DNA from: Nevskiales bacterium
Lineage (GTDB): Bacteria; Pseudomonadota; Gammaproteobacteria; Nevskiales; JBOICV01
DNA: 64,000 nucleotides
Reading direction: 5' to 3'
Assembly: GCA_050740255.1 (NCBI GenBank)
Contig: JBOICV010000164.1
Span: 15,035 to 79,034 of the forward strand
Positions 16,123-25,464 of the stretch are shown one piece after another. The notes under the pieces were generated by a model. It worked only from the letters and a program-made list of their open reading frames with translations, ran no database searches and was not told the origin of the DNA. Within the stretch, counting starts at the first letter, position 1. The number at the start of each line of letters is the position of its first letter. The position numbers and the translations under genes were made by a program.

Positions 16123-17946
16123 TTATTTGGTGCGCGACAGCTTGGCCATATTGGATTGGGTGAAATAACTGTCGTCGTAACTGATCTCGAAATCCGAAAT
16201 CGCGTCCTCATTGGTCAGGCTGGTGAGGAAATAGCGCTTCGCCTGCAAGTCGTAAATCGCTTCCGGAATGCCGGTCACCGTGGGAATGAAGGGCAGCGTT
16301 ATCAGAGATGCCTCCTGAAACTTCCACAACTGGCCGCGCGCGTCGTAGCAGTCCACCGCGGCGACGGACCAACTGTCCTCGTCCACGTAGAACACGCGCC
16401 GCGCGAACTTGTGGCGGATGCCTTGCCGCACGTTCGCTTCCACCACCCAGATGCGGTGCAGCTCGTAGCGCGCCAGATCCTGGTTGATGTGACCGGGGCG
16501 GATAATGTCGGTGTATTTGAAGGTCGGGCTGTTGAGCAGCGCCGAGTTGTAGGGAATCAGCATTTCTTTCTTGCCGATCAACTTCCAGTCGTAACGGTCG
16601 AGGTTGCCGTTGTAGACGTCCACCTGATCGAAGAACTGCTCGCCGTCGGAACCGATGTTGGGGCCGTCATAGCCCACGTCCGGCGCGCGGTTGGTGCGGC
16701 CGAGACCGGGGTTGTAAAGCCAGGCGGAACGGCCGCTGCCGCCGGTCATGCCGGCGTATTCGTGCACCAGCGTGATCTGGCCGGCCACGCGCGGCGGCTC
16801 CAGCACGCGCTGCAGGTAGTACACCAGAATTTTGTTATCGGCGCCGGGCGGCTCTTTCAGATTGGCGTACTTGAGCTTCACGTCCTCGACCAGTTTGCTG
16901 ATCTTGTAGCTGCCGTCCGGTTTGACGATGGCCTGGTTGTTATAGCGCCGCACGGCCGAACCGCGGAATTTCATCTTGTGGTTCCACAAGACCTCGGCGC
17001 CGCTCTGCGGAATCGGAAAGGGGAAACCGAGTCTCGCGCCGGACACATCATCGGTGCCCTTCAGCTCCGCGCTGCTCGCATTCGCAATCGTGGCCTTGTA
17101 AATCTCCTCCGGGAAAAAGCCGTTGCGCGCGGTTGGATACACAATCATCTTGTAGTCGGCATAGGCCTTGAACATGGCCTTGTGCCCTTCGGTCAGCTTG
17201 CTTTCGTGCTGCGCCAGATTGTCGCGCGTGACGACATACAACGGCCGCAGGAAATCCTCCGGCTTGGTGCCCGGCACCTGGTAGGTGAGGAAATCGCGCA
17301 CATTGGGCGGCATGTACTTCAGCATGAGATCGCTGATGTCCTGCGCACCTTGGCCGCTGGTGACCAGCGCCGACAACTCCAGCACCGAGCCGACATCGAA
17401 TGCGTTCACCAGCCGCGTGAAAATATTCGGATCTTTTTTCAGCTCGGTGATGACGGCGACGATGTCTGCCTCGATCTCCGGCAGCTTTACTGCTCTCGAC
17501 TTTACGTCGGCAATCAAGCCATCCACACTCTTGCCACGGCCGGAGAGTATCCGGTTCATATCGGCCTTGAGCGCGGCATCGGCCGACAGCATCTTCTCGA
17601 CCACCGCGACGACCTTGTCGCCCTTGGCCGGGTCGGCGTCCATGATTCTCTGGCCGGTCGCCAGCATGTCGCTGATCGCGCCGGCATCGCCGACCAGTTG
17701 CTGAATGTCCTTGACCAGCTGGGTGCGGAAATCTTCCAGCTTGGCGCGGGTAAAGGCTTTCGGCGTCGGGCCGAAGGAATCGGCGCCGGTCCAGACCGGG
17801 ATCGAGCCCTCCGCGTTGCCGGGCTTTTCCGCCCCGACCGGCGTCAGCTCATTGCCGAGCTTGGCGGCCTGTTCCGGCGGCGCTTTGGCCCAGGCTGCGC
17901 TGCTGATGGCCAGCATGGCCACCAGCAGCTTGCCGGATTGCTTCAT
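16123..17946 (-). CDS. DUF1329-family periplasmic protein (LolA-like), long paralogue
   Basis: 607 aa with a signal peptide. GFPFPIP and WNH..R motifs. The C-terminal ~370 aa are highly similar to the adjacent 507-aa paralogue. Confidence 0.8.
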   Translation of the reverse strand: MKQSGKLLVAMLAISSAAWAKAPPEQAAKLGNELTPVGAEKPGNAEGSIPVWTGADSFGPTPKAFTRAKLEDFRTQLVKDIQQLVGDAGAISDMLATGQRIMDADPAKGDKVVAVVEKMLSADAALKADMNRILSGRGKSVDGLIADVKSRAVKLPEIEADIVAVITELKKDPNIFTRLVNAFDVGSVLELSALVTSGQGAQDISDLMLKYMPPNVRDFLTYQVPGTKPEDFLRPLYVVTRDNLAQHESKLTEGHKAMFKAYADYKMIVYPTARNGFFPEEIYKATIANASSAELKGTDDVSGARLGFPFPIPQSGAEVLWNHKMKFRGSAVRRYNNQAIVKPDGSYKISKLVEDVKLKYANLKEPPGADNKILVYYLQRVLEPPRVAGQITLVHEYAGMTGGSGRSAWLYNPGLGRTNRAPDVGYDGPNIGSDGEQFFDQVDVYNGNLDRYDWKLIGKKEMLIPYNSALLNSPTFKYTDIIRPGHINQDLARYELHRIWVVEANVRQGIRHKFARRVFYVDEDSWSVAAVDCYDARGQLWKFQEASLITLPFIPTVTGIPEAIYDLQAKRYFLTSLTNEDAISDFEISYDDSYFTQSNMAKLSRTK

Positions 17947-17950
17947 GCGC

Positions 17951-19474
17951 TCACTTCGTGCGCGACAACTTCGCTATGTTCGACTGCGTGAAGTAAGCGT
18001 CTTCCCAGTTGATTTCCCAGTTCGAGTAAGGATCCTCGTTGGTCATCGTAGTGGTGAAGTAGCGCTTCGACTGCAGGTCGTAAATCAGCTCCGGAATGCC
18101 CGACACCGTCGGGATAAACGGAATCGTCAGCAGATGCGCTTCCTGCACCTTCCACATCTGGCCGCGCGCGTCGTAGCAGTCCACCACCGCGATGGACCAG
18201 CTGTCCTCGTCAATATAGAACACGCGCTTGGCGAATTTGTGGCGGATGCCCTGGCGCACGGTCGCTTCAACCACCCAGACGCGATGCAGCTCGTAGCGCG
18301 CCAGCACCGGGTTGATATGGCCGGGCCGGATCAGGTCGCCGTATTTCAGTGAAGGCGCGTTGATGATCCAGGAGTTGTAGGGGATGTAAAGCTCTTTCTT
18401 GCCGACCAGCTTCCAGTCGAAGCGGTCGAGCGCGCCGTTGAACACGTCAACCTGATCGAAGAACTGCTCGCCGTCGGAACCGATCTGCGGCCCGTCATAA
18501 CCCACGTCCGGCGCGCGATTCACGCGGCCGAGGCCGGGGTTGTACAACCAAGCGGAACGGCCGCCGCCTTCTATCGAACCGGCGGTCTCATGCACCAGGG
18601 TGATCTGGCCGGCCACGCGTGGCGGCTCCATCACGCGCTGCAGATAAGTGAGCAACAGTTTGTTGTCGGCCGGCGGTGGCTCCTTGAGATTCGCGTATTT
18701 GAACTTTACGTCCTCGACCAGCTTGGAGATCTTGAAAGTGCCGTCCGGCTTGACGATGGCCTGGTTGTTGAAGCGCCGCACCGCCGAGCCACGGTACTTC
18801 ATCTTGTGGTTCCAGAGCGCCTCGGCGCCGCTTTGCGGAATCGGGAAGGGAAAGCCGAGCTTCGCCCCGCTCACCTGATCGGTGCCGGTCAGCGTGGCGT
18901 TGGCGGCGTTCGCCACCGTGGCCTTGTTGACTTCATCCGGGAAGAAGGCGTTGCGCACCGAGGGGAAGACCACCATCTTGTAAGTGTTGGGATAGGTCTT
19001 GAACATCGCCTTGTGGCCTTCGGTGAGCTTGCTCTCGTGCTCGGCGAGGTTGTCCTTGGTGATCACGACCTGCGCCTCGACCGGGCTCTTGGTCATGCCG
19101 GGGATTTTCACATCCACCGATTCGCGGATATTGGCCGGCATCACCGCCACGATCTTCGGAATGATCGCGATCAACCCCGCGGCATCCTTGGCCGCCTCGG
19201 CTTCCTTGAGTAGTTCGCGGCTCTTGGGATCAAGGTTTTTGCGCTGCTCCTCGAGCCCGGCGTGCGTGATCTTGATCAGCGATTCGGGAAATGCGGTCTT
19301 GCCGATCCACTCCGTGATGCTGCCGTCGGCATTGCCCTTCGCTTCGGCGCCAGCGAAGGTCAGCTCGCCGCCGAGCTTGGCCGCTTGATCGGGCGGCGCC
19401 TTGGCCCAGACCGCGTTGGCGGCCAGCACGTATACAAGGCTGGCGATCAGCCACTTGCTCAAAATCGTTTTCAT
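17951..19474 (-). CDS. DUF1329-family periplasmic protein (LolA-like), short paralogue
   Basis: 507 aa with a signal peptide and the same GFPFPIPQSGAE..WNHKMK..RGSAVRR motifs. Confidence 0.8.
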   Translation of the reverse strand: MKTILSKWLIASLVYVLAANAVWAKAPPDQAAKLGGELTFAGAEAKGNADGSITEWIGKTAFPESLIKITHAGLEEQRKNLDPKSRELLKEAEAAKDAAGLIAIIPKIVAVMPANIRESVDVKIPGMTKSPVEAQVVITKDNLAEHESKLTEGHKAMFKTYPNTYKMVVFPSVRNAFFPDEVNKATVANAANATLTGTDQVSGAKLGFPFPIPQSGAEALWNHKMKYRGSAVRRFNNQAIVKPDGTFKISKLVEDVKFKYANLKEPPPADNKLLLTYLQRVMEPPRVAGQITLVHETAGSIEGGGRSAWLYNPGLGRVNRAPDVGYDGPQIGSDGEQFFDQVDVFNGALDRFDWKLVGKKELYIPYNSWIINAPSLKYGDLIRPGHINPVLARYELHRVWVVEATVRQGIRHKFAKRVFYIDEDSWSIAVVDCYDARGQMWKVQEAHLLTIPFIPTVSGIPELIYDLQSKRYFTTTMTNEDPYSNWEINWEDAYFTQSNIAKLSRTK

Positions 19475-19560
19475 CGCATTATCTCCTGCACCAAGGCGGC
19501 AGCGCGCCGCCGAATGAATGTCAGGCGCCTCAAAACCTAAGCGCCTTACCGGGTCCTGCG

Positions 19561-21672
19561 TCAGAACGAATAAGTTACGCCGAACAGCACGCTGTCGCGA
19601 TCCGCGAGCAAATTGTCTTCTCCCGCATAGTGATTGAACAGAATACTGCCGGACCAGTCATTGCCGTACTCGAAAAAGCTGCCGTACACGATCCAGCGGT
19701 TGCCTTCCACATAATTCTGCGCGGGCGAAGGCGCGATACCGTCAATGTCCTCCATCCACAGAATCGTGGGCTTCAGCGTGAGGCCGAGATCGAATACGTT
19801 GGCGTAGTTGAACTGCACCAGGCTGCGCACACCCCAGGCGAAGTCATCCGCCCAGCCTTCCGTCATCTGGGTTGGATTGATGCGCAGGGCATGCGTCGTG
19901 CCCGGCGGATCGCCGGTGCCGTCTTCGCCGGGGCTGGGATGGGTCTGCTCGCCGGTGCCGTTGAAGAACAGCTCGCCCGGTTCGGGCATGTCCGCCACGT
20001 GGGTGAAGCCGGCCTCGAGCAGGATGGTGATGTCCTCGGCGCGGAACAGATTCTCGCCGGAGACCAGCTTGATCGCGTTCAGCACGAACTGGCCCACCTT
20101 GAGCCGCTCGAAGCCAGGCACATACTCGTTGGCCGAAATCTCCTCGCCGCGGAAAACGCTGATGAAATCCGGCACGAAGGTTCGCGCGCCAGGAATGGTA
20201 CCGAGGGTCAGGCCCGGAATGACGCCCACGCCGATCGGGATATCCTGGGCCGGCAAGGCCGGTTGCTGCGCGGCCATGAGCACATCCGTGAACAGCAATT
20301 GCGCCGGCTGGTTCGGCCGGTAGGCATACTCGCCCGAGAAAGACCAGCCGAAGCCGGTGGTGTTGAAGCTGACGCCGAACAAATGGATGTCTTCCGGGTA
20401 GTCCAGAATGATGCGCGGCGTGTCGAGGGGCAGCGGCTCCAACCCGATGCCCAGGACATTCAGTGTGCCGTTAAAACCCCGGCAGGCGATGGCCGCGGTT
20501 ACGATATCTCCGGGAATGAGCGCATCGCGCAAGCAGGAGCGGTCCGCCGCGAACACGCTCGCCAGCGGCAGGCGGCTGTGGTAATTCATTGCGTAAATGC
20601 CGAACTGGGTGCCGTTGTTGAAGTTTTCGAGATACCAGTTCAGGCGCAGGCCGTACTGACCCCCTTCGTCGGGCGCGAAGGCTTTCTCGTTGGATACGGA
20701 GACCGTTGCCGTCGAGCTGCTGATCAGGCCGGTCATGCCGGCGAACCCGCCACGCCGGTCGGGATCCTCCGCGATCTGGCCGAGGTGCAGAAAAGCCCGG
20801 CGGCCGCCGCCGGCGATGTCGCTGGTGGAGAAAAAGCTGCCCGCCGGATCCGGCCGTACCGGCTCCCAGTCGAACTGGTAAAAGGCTTCCAGGTTGATCG
20901 CCTCGTTGACGTCCACGCCGATCAAGGCCATGCCGGTGGGAATAGCCAGCTCGCTGAGCGCCAGCCCCGGCTGACGCGCCGCGATCGCATCCAGCGGGTT
21001 GATCTCGTCCAGGGTATTGAACAGGTGCAGATTGGCCTCGCCCCAGCGCACGCGTTGATAGCCCACCGCCACGTTGACGTTCTTGTCGAACACGGAGAAG
21101 GGCCTGGCGATGAAGGCCTCGCGGAACTGGATTTTCTTCGCCACTTTCTCCTCGATAGTTTTCTTGCGGTCGGTGAAGCGCGGCTGAAAGCGCGTATTGC
21201 CATGCTGCTCGATGAAGTTGTTATTTACCGTGTCGTAAAAACCGATGCCGGAGAGCTTGAGCGTCCAGTCGCTCCACTTAACCGCCAGCTCGCTATTGAT
21301 CTTGGCCAGGCCGCTGATCAGATCGCCCTTGTCGTAGTTCAGATTGCCGTCGTCGGTGTTGTGCAGCAGAAAACCGCCTTCCGCGGCGATCAGACGCCGG
21401 TTCGGCGCGGGGTCCATATTGGCGGACAGGCAGTCGTCGGCGTTACACAGATTCTCCTGGCCCGGCACATTCAGCTTGCCGAGCAGCGCGTTGTCGCGCT
21501 CTTCCAGGCGCCAGCCGGCGCCTACGGAAAGTTTTGTGATCAGCTCGAGCGTGATCGCGCCTTCAGCAAATTCAAAGTTCAGCGCCCAACTCGCGGGCGC
21601 GACCGCGAACGATAAAAAAACAGACACACCCAGCCGTAAAAGCAGGTGCAAGGCTCTCTCCTCCTGACGCAC
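19561..21672 (-). CDS. DUF1302-family outer-membrane protein
   Basis: 703 aa. Signal peptide, beta-rich sequence, YQRVRWGE motif, C-terminal ..GVTYSF (aromatic terminus typical of OM barrels). The GTG start at 21672 is uncertain. Confidence 0.8.
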   Translation of the reverse strand: MRQEERALHLLLRLGVSVFLSFAVAPASWALNFEFAEGAITLELITKLSVGAGWRLEERDNALLGKLNVPGQENLCNADDCLSANMDPAPNRRLIAAEGGFLLHNTDDGNLNYDKGDLISGLAKINSELAVKWSDWTLKLSGIGFYDTVNNNFIEQHGNTRFQPRFTDRKKTIEEKVAKKIQFREAFIARPFSVFDKNVNVAVGYQRVRWGEANLHLFNTLDEINPLDAIAARQPGLALSELAIPTGMALIGVDVNEAINLEAFYQFDWEPVRPDPAGSFFSTSDIAGGGRRAFLHLGQIAEDPDRRGGFAGMTGLISSSTATVSVSNEKAFAPDEGGQYGLRLNWYLENFNNGTQFGIYAMNYHSRLPLASVFAADRSCLRDALIPGDIVTAAIACRGFNGTLNVLGIGLEPLPLDTPRIILDYPEDIHLFGVSFNTTGFGWSFSGEYAYRPNQPAQLLFTDVLMAAQQPALPAQDIPIGVGVIPGLTLGTIPGARTFVPDFISVFRGEEISANEYVPGFERLKVGQFVLNAIKLVSGENLFRAEDITILLEAGFTHVADMPEPGELFFNGTGEQTHPSPGEDGTGDPPGTTHALRINPTQMTEGWADDFAWGVRSLVQFNYANVFDLGLTLKPTILWMEDIDGIAPSPAQNYVEGNRWIVYGSFFEYGNDWSGSILFNHYAGEDNLLADRDSVLFGVTYSF

Positions 21673-21681
21673 GAATATTAT

Positions 21682-21715
21682 TTACATCCGGTAATGTAAG
21701 AGTTAATACATTAGA
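21682..21715. promoter_or_regulatory. candidate operator array (TTACAT / TAATGTA / TACATTA motifs)
   Basis: TTACAT-CCGGTA-ATGTAA palindrome (21682-21699) followed by TAATACATTA. Located in the AT-rich divergent region between the DUF1302 operon and the Tyr-rich protein gene. Confidence 0.3.
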
Positions 21716-21805
21716 CGCAATTGTGTCAAGCGCAGACGCGCCACAGCGTGCTGGTGTTGCGGTAAGCTGCGCATATTCGCAAAAAAACTATGGGAGGAAG
21801 GGACC

Positions 21806-22561
21806 ATGAAAGCCATCGTGCACCGGACGGTGCTGACCTGCTGCACAGTCATGCTGCTGGGTATTATCGGAGTGGCACAGGCCGGCTACTACCACCCCTA
21901 TAGCGGCGAGTTTTATTCGCCATCCCCCACCGGCTACGACTATCGTTACGACGCCGGTTACTACCAGCCGTATAGCCCCGACTACTTCGCCGCCTACGAC
22001 GGCGATTACCACTCCCCATATCGCTCCGACTACTCGCCGCCTTATCGCGCTGGCCTGCGGGGTAGCAGTCAGGAATGGGAAGTGATTTGCGCCCATGAGG
22101 ACGAAAAACACAACAAGCGCTGCGTCGCCTATACCGCGCTGGAGGGTCTGGTTGGCGGTGTCTGGGGAGCTGCGCACGCGCTCAGCGTATCCAGCAACGA
22201 ACCTGGGGACTACCGGCTTGGCTGGACTCCGCGGCTTTATGTGCCGGACGGCGAGCATCCGCTATTCCTGCAGGTGGACAATCGCTACCGGCGCAGCTTC
22301 TCGGCGGGCAAGAAAGGTTACCGTGGCAATGAATTCGACGGTTATCGCATCGAGACCGACGCCGCCTTGATCAACGCGATGAAGCGCGGCCGCGAGCTTA
22401 GCCTGAGCTATACCGATATCTTCGGCGACACCCGGCAGGTGCGTTTCTCGCTGATGGGTGTAACGAGATCATTACAAATGACCGATCAGCGCCTGACGGC
22501 AAAACCGAAAATGGTGGCGCCAGCGCAAGCACCGGTGGCACGCCTGTACCGGCATAAGTAA
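21806..22561 (+). CDS. secreted protein with Tyr/Pro-rich repeat region
   Basis: 251 aa. Strong SD (GGGAGGAAGG) 4 nt upstream and a signal peptide ending ..GVAQA. It is followed by ~60 aa with 16 Tyr in Y-x-P-Y-S/R-like repeats, then a globular C-terminal domain of unknown family. Confidence 0.75.
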   Translation: MKAIVHRTVLTCCTVMLLGIIGVAQAGYYHPYSGEFYSPSPTGYDYRYDAGYYQPYSPDYFAAYDGDYHSPYRSDYSPPYRAGLRGSSQEWEVICAHEDEKHNKRCVAYTALEGLVGGVWGAAHALSVSSNEPGDYRLGWTPRLYVPDGEHPLFLQVDNRYRRSFSAGKKGYRGNEFDGYRIETDAALINAMKRGRELSLSYTDIFGDTRQVRFSLMGVTRSLQMTDQRLTAKPKMVAPAQAPVARLYRHK

Positions 22562-22600
22562 GCGCGGGGCGCCTGGCGCGCCGCAGTGCCCCGGCGCAGA

Positions 22601-23143
22601 TCAATGAGTCGCGGCCGCCTGCGCGGCCGGCGCCATGATCATGCGGTCGGTCCAGGCGAGCGCGATGGCCGACAGCAGAAACGTGCAGTGGATGATCACC
22701 TGCCATTTCAGCGTATCGTTGCTCATATTCGGCGCGTTGATAAAGCTCTTGAGCAGATGAATGGAAGAGATGCCGATCAAGGCCGTGGCGAGCTTGACCT
22801 TGAGCACGCCCGCATTCACATGCGACAGCCATTCCGGCTTGTCCGGATGTTGTTCGATCCGCAGCCGCGACACGAAAGTTTCGTAGCCGCCGACAATCAC
22901 CATCAGCAACAGATTGGCGATCATCACCACGTCAATCAGCCCCAGCACCACCAGCATGATCTCGGTTTCCTTCAGGCTGGTGGTGTGCGTGACCAGATGC
23001 CAGAGTTCGTGCAGAAAATGATAAACGTATACGCCCTGGGCGACGATCAGGCCGAGATACAGCGGCGCCTGCAGCCAGCGCGACCAGAACATGAAGCTGC
23101 CGACCATGCCGGTGTAACGGGTGTTGGGGACTGATGCAGTCAT
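22601..23143 (-). CDS. yqhA: UPF0114 family inner-membrane protein YqhA
   Basis: 180 aa. SRWLQAPLYLGL, GGYETFVS and SSIHLL motifs match E. coli YqhA as I recall it. Confidence 0.85.
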   Translation of the reverse strand: MTASVPNTRYTGMVGSFMFWSRWLQAPLYLGLIVAQGVYVYHFLHELWHLVTHTTSLKETEIMLVVLGLIDVVMIANLLLMVIVGGYETFVSRLRIEQHPDKPEWLSHVNAGVLKVKLATALIGISSIHLLKSFINAPNMSNDTLKWQVIIHCTFLLSAIALAWTDRMIMAPAAQAAATH

Positions 23144-23259
23144 ATGGTGAACGTCCTTTTTTTGCCGATGCCGTTGCGACCCACGGGAAGGGCGATATTG
23201 TAGCGGGCTATAGGACGGTGTCAGGTTGTGTCTGAGTTTGCCGCCGTATTCCTAAGTTT

Positions 23260-23323
23260 GTCATTCCGGCGGAGGCCGGAATCCATTCTGTTCACGCCGA
23301 TGGACACCGACCTGTGTCGGTGT
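23260..23323. repeat. REP-like hairpin pair (GTCATTCCGGC..GCCGGAAT family)
   Basis: ATTCCGGC/GCCGGAAT (23263-23282) and ACACCGAC/GTCGGTGT (23304-23323) inverted repeats. Confidence 0.75.
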
Positions 23324-23407
23324 GAAAGCAAACTGAGACTACCCGGCGCTAGGCAATGGCCTGGCCGCACCGTACGCAATGGTTCTGTGCGAAAATTCGC
23401 GCGCAAA

Positions 23408-23484
23408 GCGCCCGTAGCTCAGCTGGATAGAGTGCTGCCCTCCGAAGGCAGAGGTCGTGAGTTCGAATCTCACCGGGCGCGCCA
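23408..23484 (+). tRNA. tRNA-Arg (anticodon CCG)
   Basis: Folded by hand into a cloverleaf. Acceptor GCGCCCG/CGGGCGC, D arm GCTC..GAGT, anticodon stem CTGCC/GGCAG with loop CT-CCG-AA, T arm GTGAG-TTCGAAT-CTCAC, encoded CCA. Confidence 0.95.
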
Positions 23485-23587
23485 GTTCCCTCTGTTCCCA
23501 CTTTCACCTTTGCGGCTATACTTGCGCCACTTTGGGGCAGGGCCATAGCCTGACCCCATATTCATATAAGAAGTAGCGAGGGCTGCG

Positions 23588-24058
23588 GTGTCCGCCAATC
23601 ACGACAAGGTGTTTATCGTTACTTTTGCCGGTGTGCTGGCTTTTTTGATGGCTTTTGCCGGCGTCATCTTCATCATCGCGAATCTGATTCAGTCGAGCGC
23701 CGAGGGCGAAGAGATGCCGGCGGAACTGATCGCACGCATCGAGGAGCGTACCGCACCGATCGGCAAGGTCAACACCGATCCCAATGCGGCGCTCGCAGCA
23801 GCGGCAGAAGCCGCGGCCAGCGGTAGCGCCGAACTTAGCGGCGCCGAGGTGGTCAAGCAGGTGTGCGCCGGCTGTCATGCAGCCGGTGTGCTGGGCGCGA
23901 TGAAGATCGGCGACAAGGGTGCGTGGAGCGCGCGCGGCAGCGTGGATCAGATGCTCAAGGTCGCGATTGCCGGCAAGGGCGCGATGCCGGCCCGCGGCGG
24001 CAATCCGGGTTTGACCGATGACCAAGTGCGTGAAGCGATTGTGGAGATGAGCAAGTAG
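23588..24058 (+). CDS. membrane-anchored cytochrome c5-type protein
   Basis: 156 aa from a GTG start. N-terminal TM helix, single CAGCH haem motif, and GAMPARGG with the Met ligand. Confidence 0.8.
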   Translation: MSANHDKVFIVTFAGVLAFLMAFAGVIFIIANLIQSSAEGEEMPAELIARIEERTAPIGKVNTDPNAALAAAAEAAASGSAELSGAEVVKQVCAGCHAAGVLGAMKIGDKGAWSARGSVDQMLKVAIAGKGAMPARGGNPGLTDDQVREAIVEMSK

Positions 24059-24122
24059 TAGGAAACGGGGGCCTCGAGGCTCCGGTACGAATGGAAGTTC
24101 CCGCAATTAAAGGAGAGTGTAG

Positions 24123-24725
24123 ATGCTAGGTAAATCCTGGGCTGTGGCCCTGTTACTGCTCCCGCTGTCGGCGCTCGCCGCAGAGGGCTTGAGTTACAAC
24201 TACGTTGAAGCCGATTATTTTCAAGGCGACATTGATGTGCCGGGCGGCGAAGTAGACTTCGATGGTTTCGCACTAGAAGGTTCGTTTGGATTCAATGAGA
24301 TGTTTTACGTGACGGGCCAATACGCTGATGCTTCAATTGACGAGACCGGTGTTGATGGTGACTCAGAGGGCATCAGCCTGGGCATTGGTGGCCACACCAG
24401 CCAATGGACCGGCGGCGTTGATTTGTTCGGCGTGCTCTCGTATGAGCGTGCGGAAGTCGACATCTCCGTGACTAGTGGCGGCATCACCAGATCCTTTAAG
24501 GCCGACGATGACGGCTTTGGCGTCGAAGTGGGGCTGCGCAGCCTGGTAACTGCGGCGCTTGAGCTGAACGGCAGCGTCAAGTACGTGGATGTCGGCGATG
24601 CGGACGGTACTGGCTTTGAAATCGGCGCCGTTTATTCGTTTACGCCCACCATTGCTGCTCTCGCGGCGTATCAGGACGGCGAAGACAGCTCTGGTTTCCT
24701 GGTCGGCGGACGTTTGTATTTCTAA
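24123..24725 (+). CDS. small acidic outer-membrane beta-barrel protein
   Basis: 200 aa. Signal peptide (..LSALAAEG), alternating beta pattern, C-terminal ..GGRLYF. Confidence 0.7.
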   Translation: MLGKSWAVALLLLPLSALAAEGLSYNYVEADYFQGDIDVPGGEVDFDGFALEGSFGFNEMFYVTGQYADASIDETGVDGDSEGISLGIGGHTSQWTGGVDLFGVLSYERAEVDISVTSGGITRSFKADDDGFGVEVGLRSLVTAALELNGSVKYVDVGDADGTGFEIGAVYSFTPTIAALAAYQDGEDSSGFLVGGRLYF

Positions 24726-24748
24726 AAACCCGTAAGCAGGCTCCAAAA

Positions 24749-24778
24749 CCCCGCGCGCTTCGGCCGCGGGGTTTTTTT
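24749..24778 (+). terminator. rho-independent terminator
   Basis: CCCCGCG (24749-24755) pairs with CGCGGGG (24765-24771), followed by a T7 run. Confidence 0.75.
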
Positions 24779-24852
24779 ATTTCCGCGGCTCATGTCGTAT
24801 AGTTGCCGGCAGATGCCCCACGCCGATGGGGCCGCCTTGAGGGAGGAGAATC

Positions 24853-25464
24853 ATGCGTTTGAGCAAACTGCTTTGCGCCGTGGCCCTGGCCGGATGCAGC
24901 GGCCTTGCCGCAGCCCAGCCTAGCTATAGCCATTTCGAACTCGGTTACATCGCCGACGCGGACTTCGACAAGCTGGATCAGGGCGACGGAGTTGATCTGC
25001 GCTTGCGCTTCAAGCTTGGCGAAAGCTTCTTTTTCCACGGCCACGTCGCCGACGCCGAGGGGGACGACAGCGGCGCGCAGATAGATACCTTTGGTCTGGC
25101 CTTGGGCTTCCAGTGGGTATGGCTGGAAAAGCTCGGGCTTTACGCCACCTACGGTTTTGAAGACCTCGAGCTTTCCGACGTGGTGCTGACCGGACTTGCG
25201 CCGGATTTCGACGACAAGGGACAGGGTTTCGAGCTAGGCGCGCGCTATCCGCTTCTGGAAGGCAAGCTGGAACTGGGCTTCGAAGTGGATTACGACACTT
25301 ACGACCACGCCGAGGCGCGCTTTTACGAACTCGCGGGGGTTTACGCCCTCACGCCGAGCTTTTCAGCAGTCGTGACCTATACCACCGGTGAATATGATTT
25401 CGACGACGCCGAAGACACGGTTGATCGCAGCGATATACGCGTCGGCCTCAGGGTGCAGTTTTAA
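24853..25464 (+). CDS. small acidic outer-membrane beta-barrel protein (architecture like 24123..24725)
   Basis: 203 aa. Signal peptide (..LAAAQP), alternating beta pattern, C-terminal ..GLRVQF. Confidence 0.7.
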   Translation: MRLSKLLCAVALAGCSGLAAAQPSYSHFELGYIADADFDKLDQGDGVDLRLRFKLGESFFFHGHVADAEGDDSGAQIDTFGLALGFQWVWLEKLGLYATYGFEDLELSDVVLTGLAPDFDDKGQGFELGARYPLLEGKLELGFEVDYDTYDHAEARFYELAGVYALTPSFSAVVTYTTGEYDFDDAEDTVDRSDIRVGLRVQF

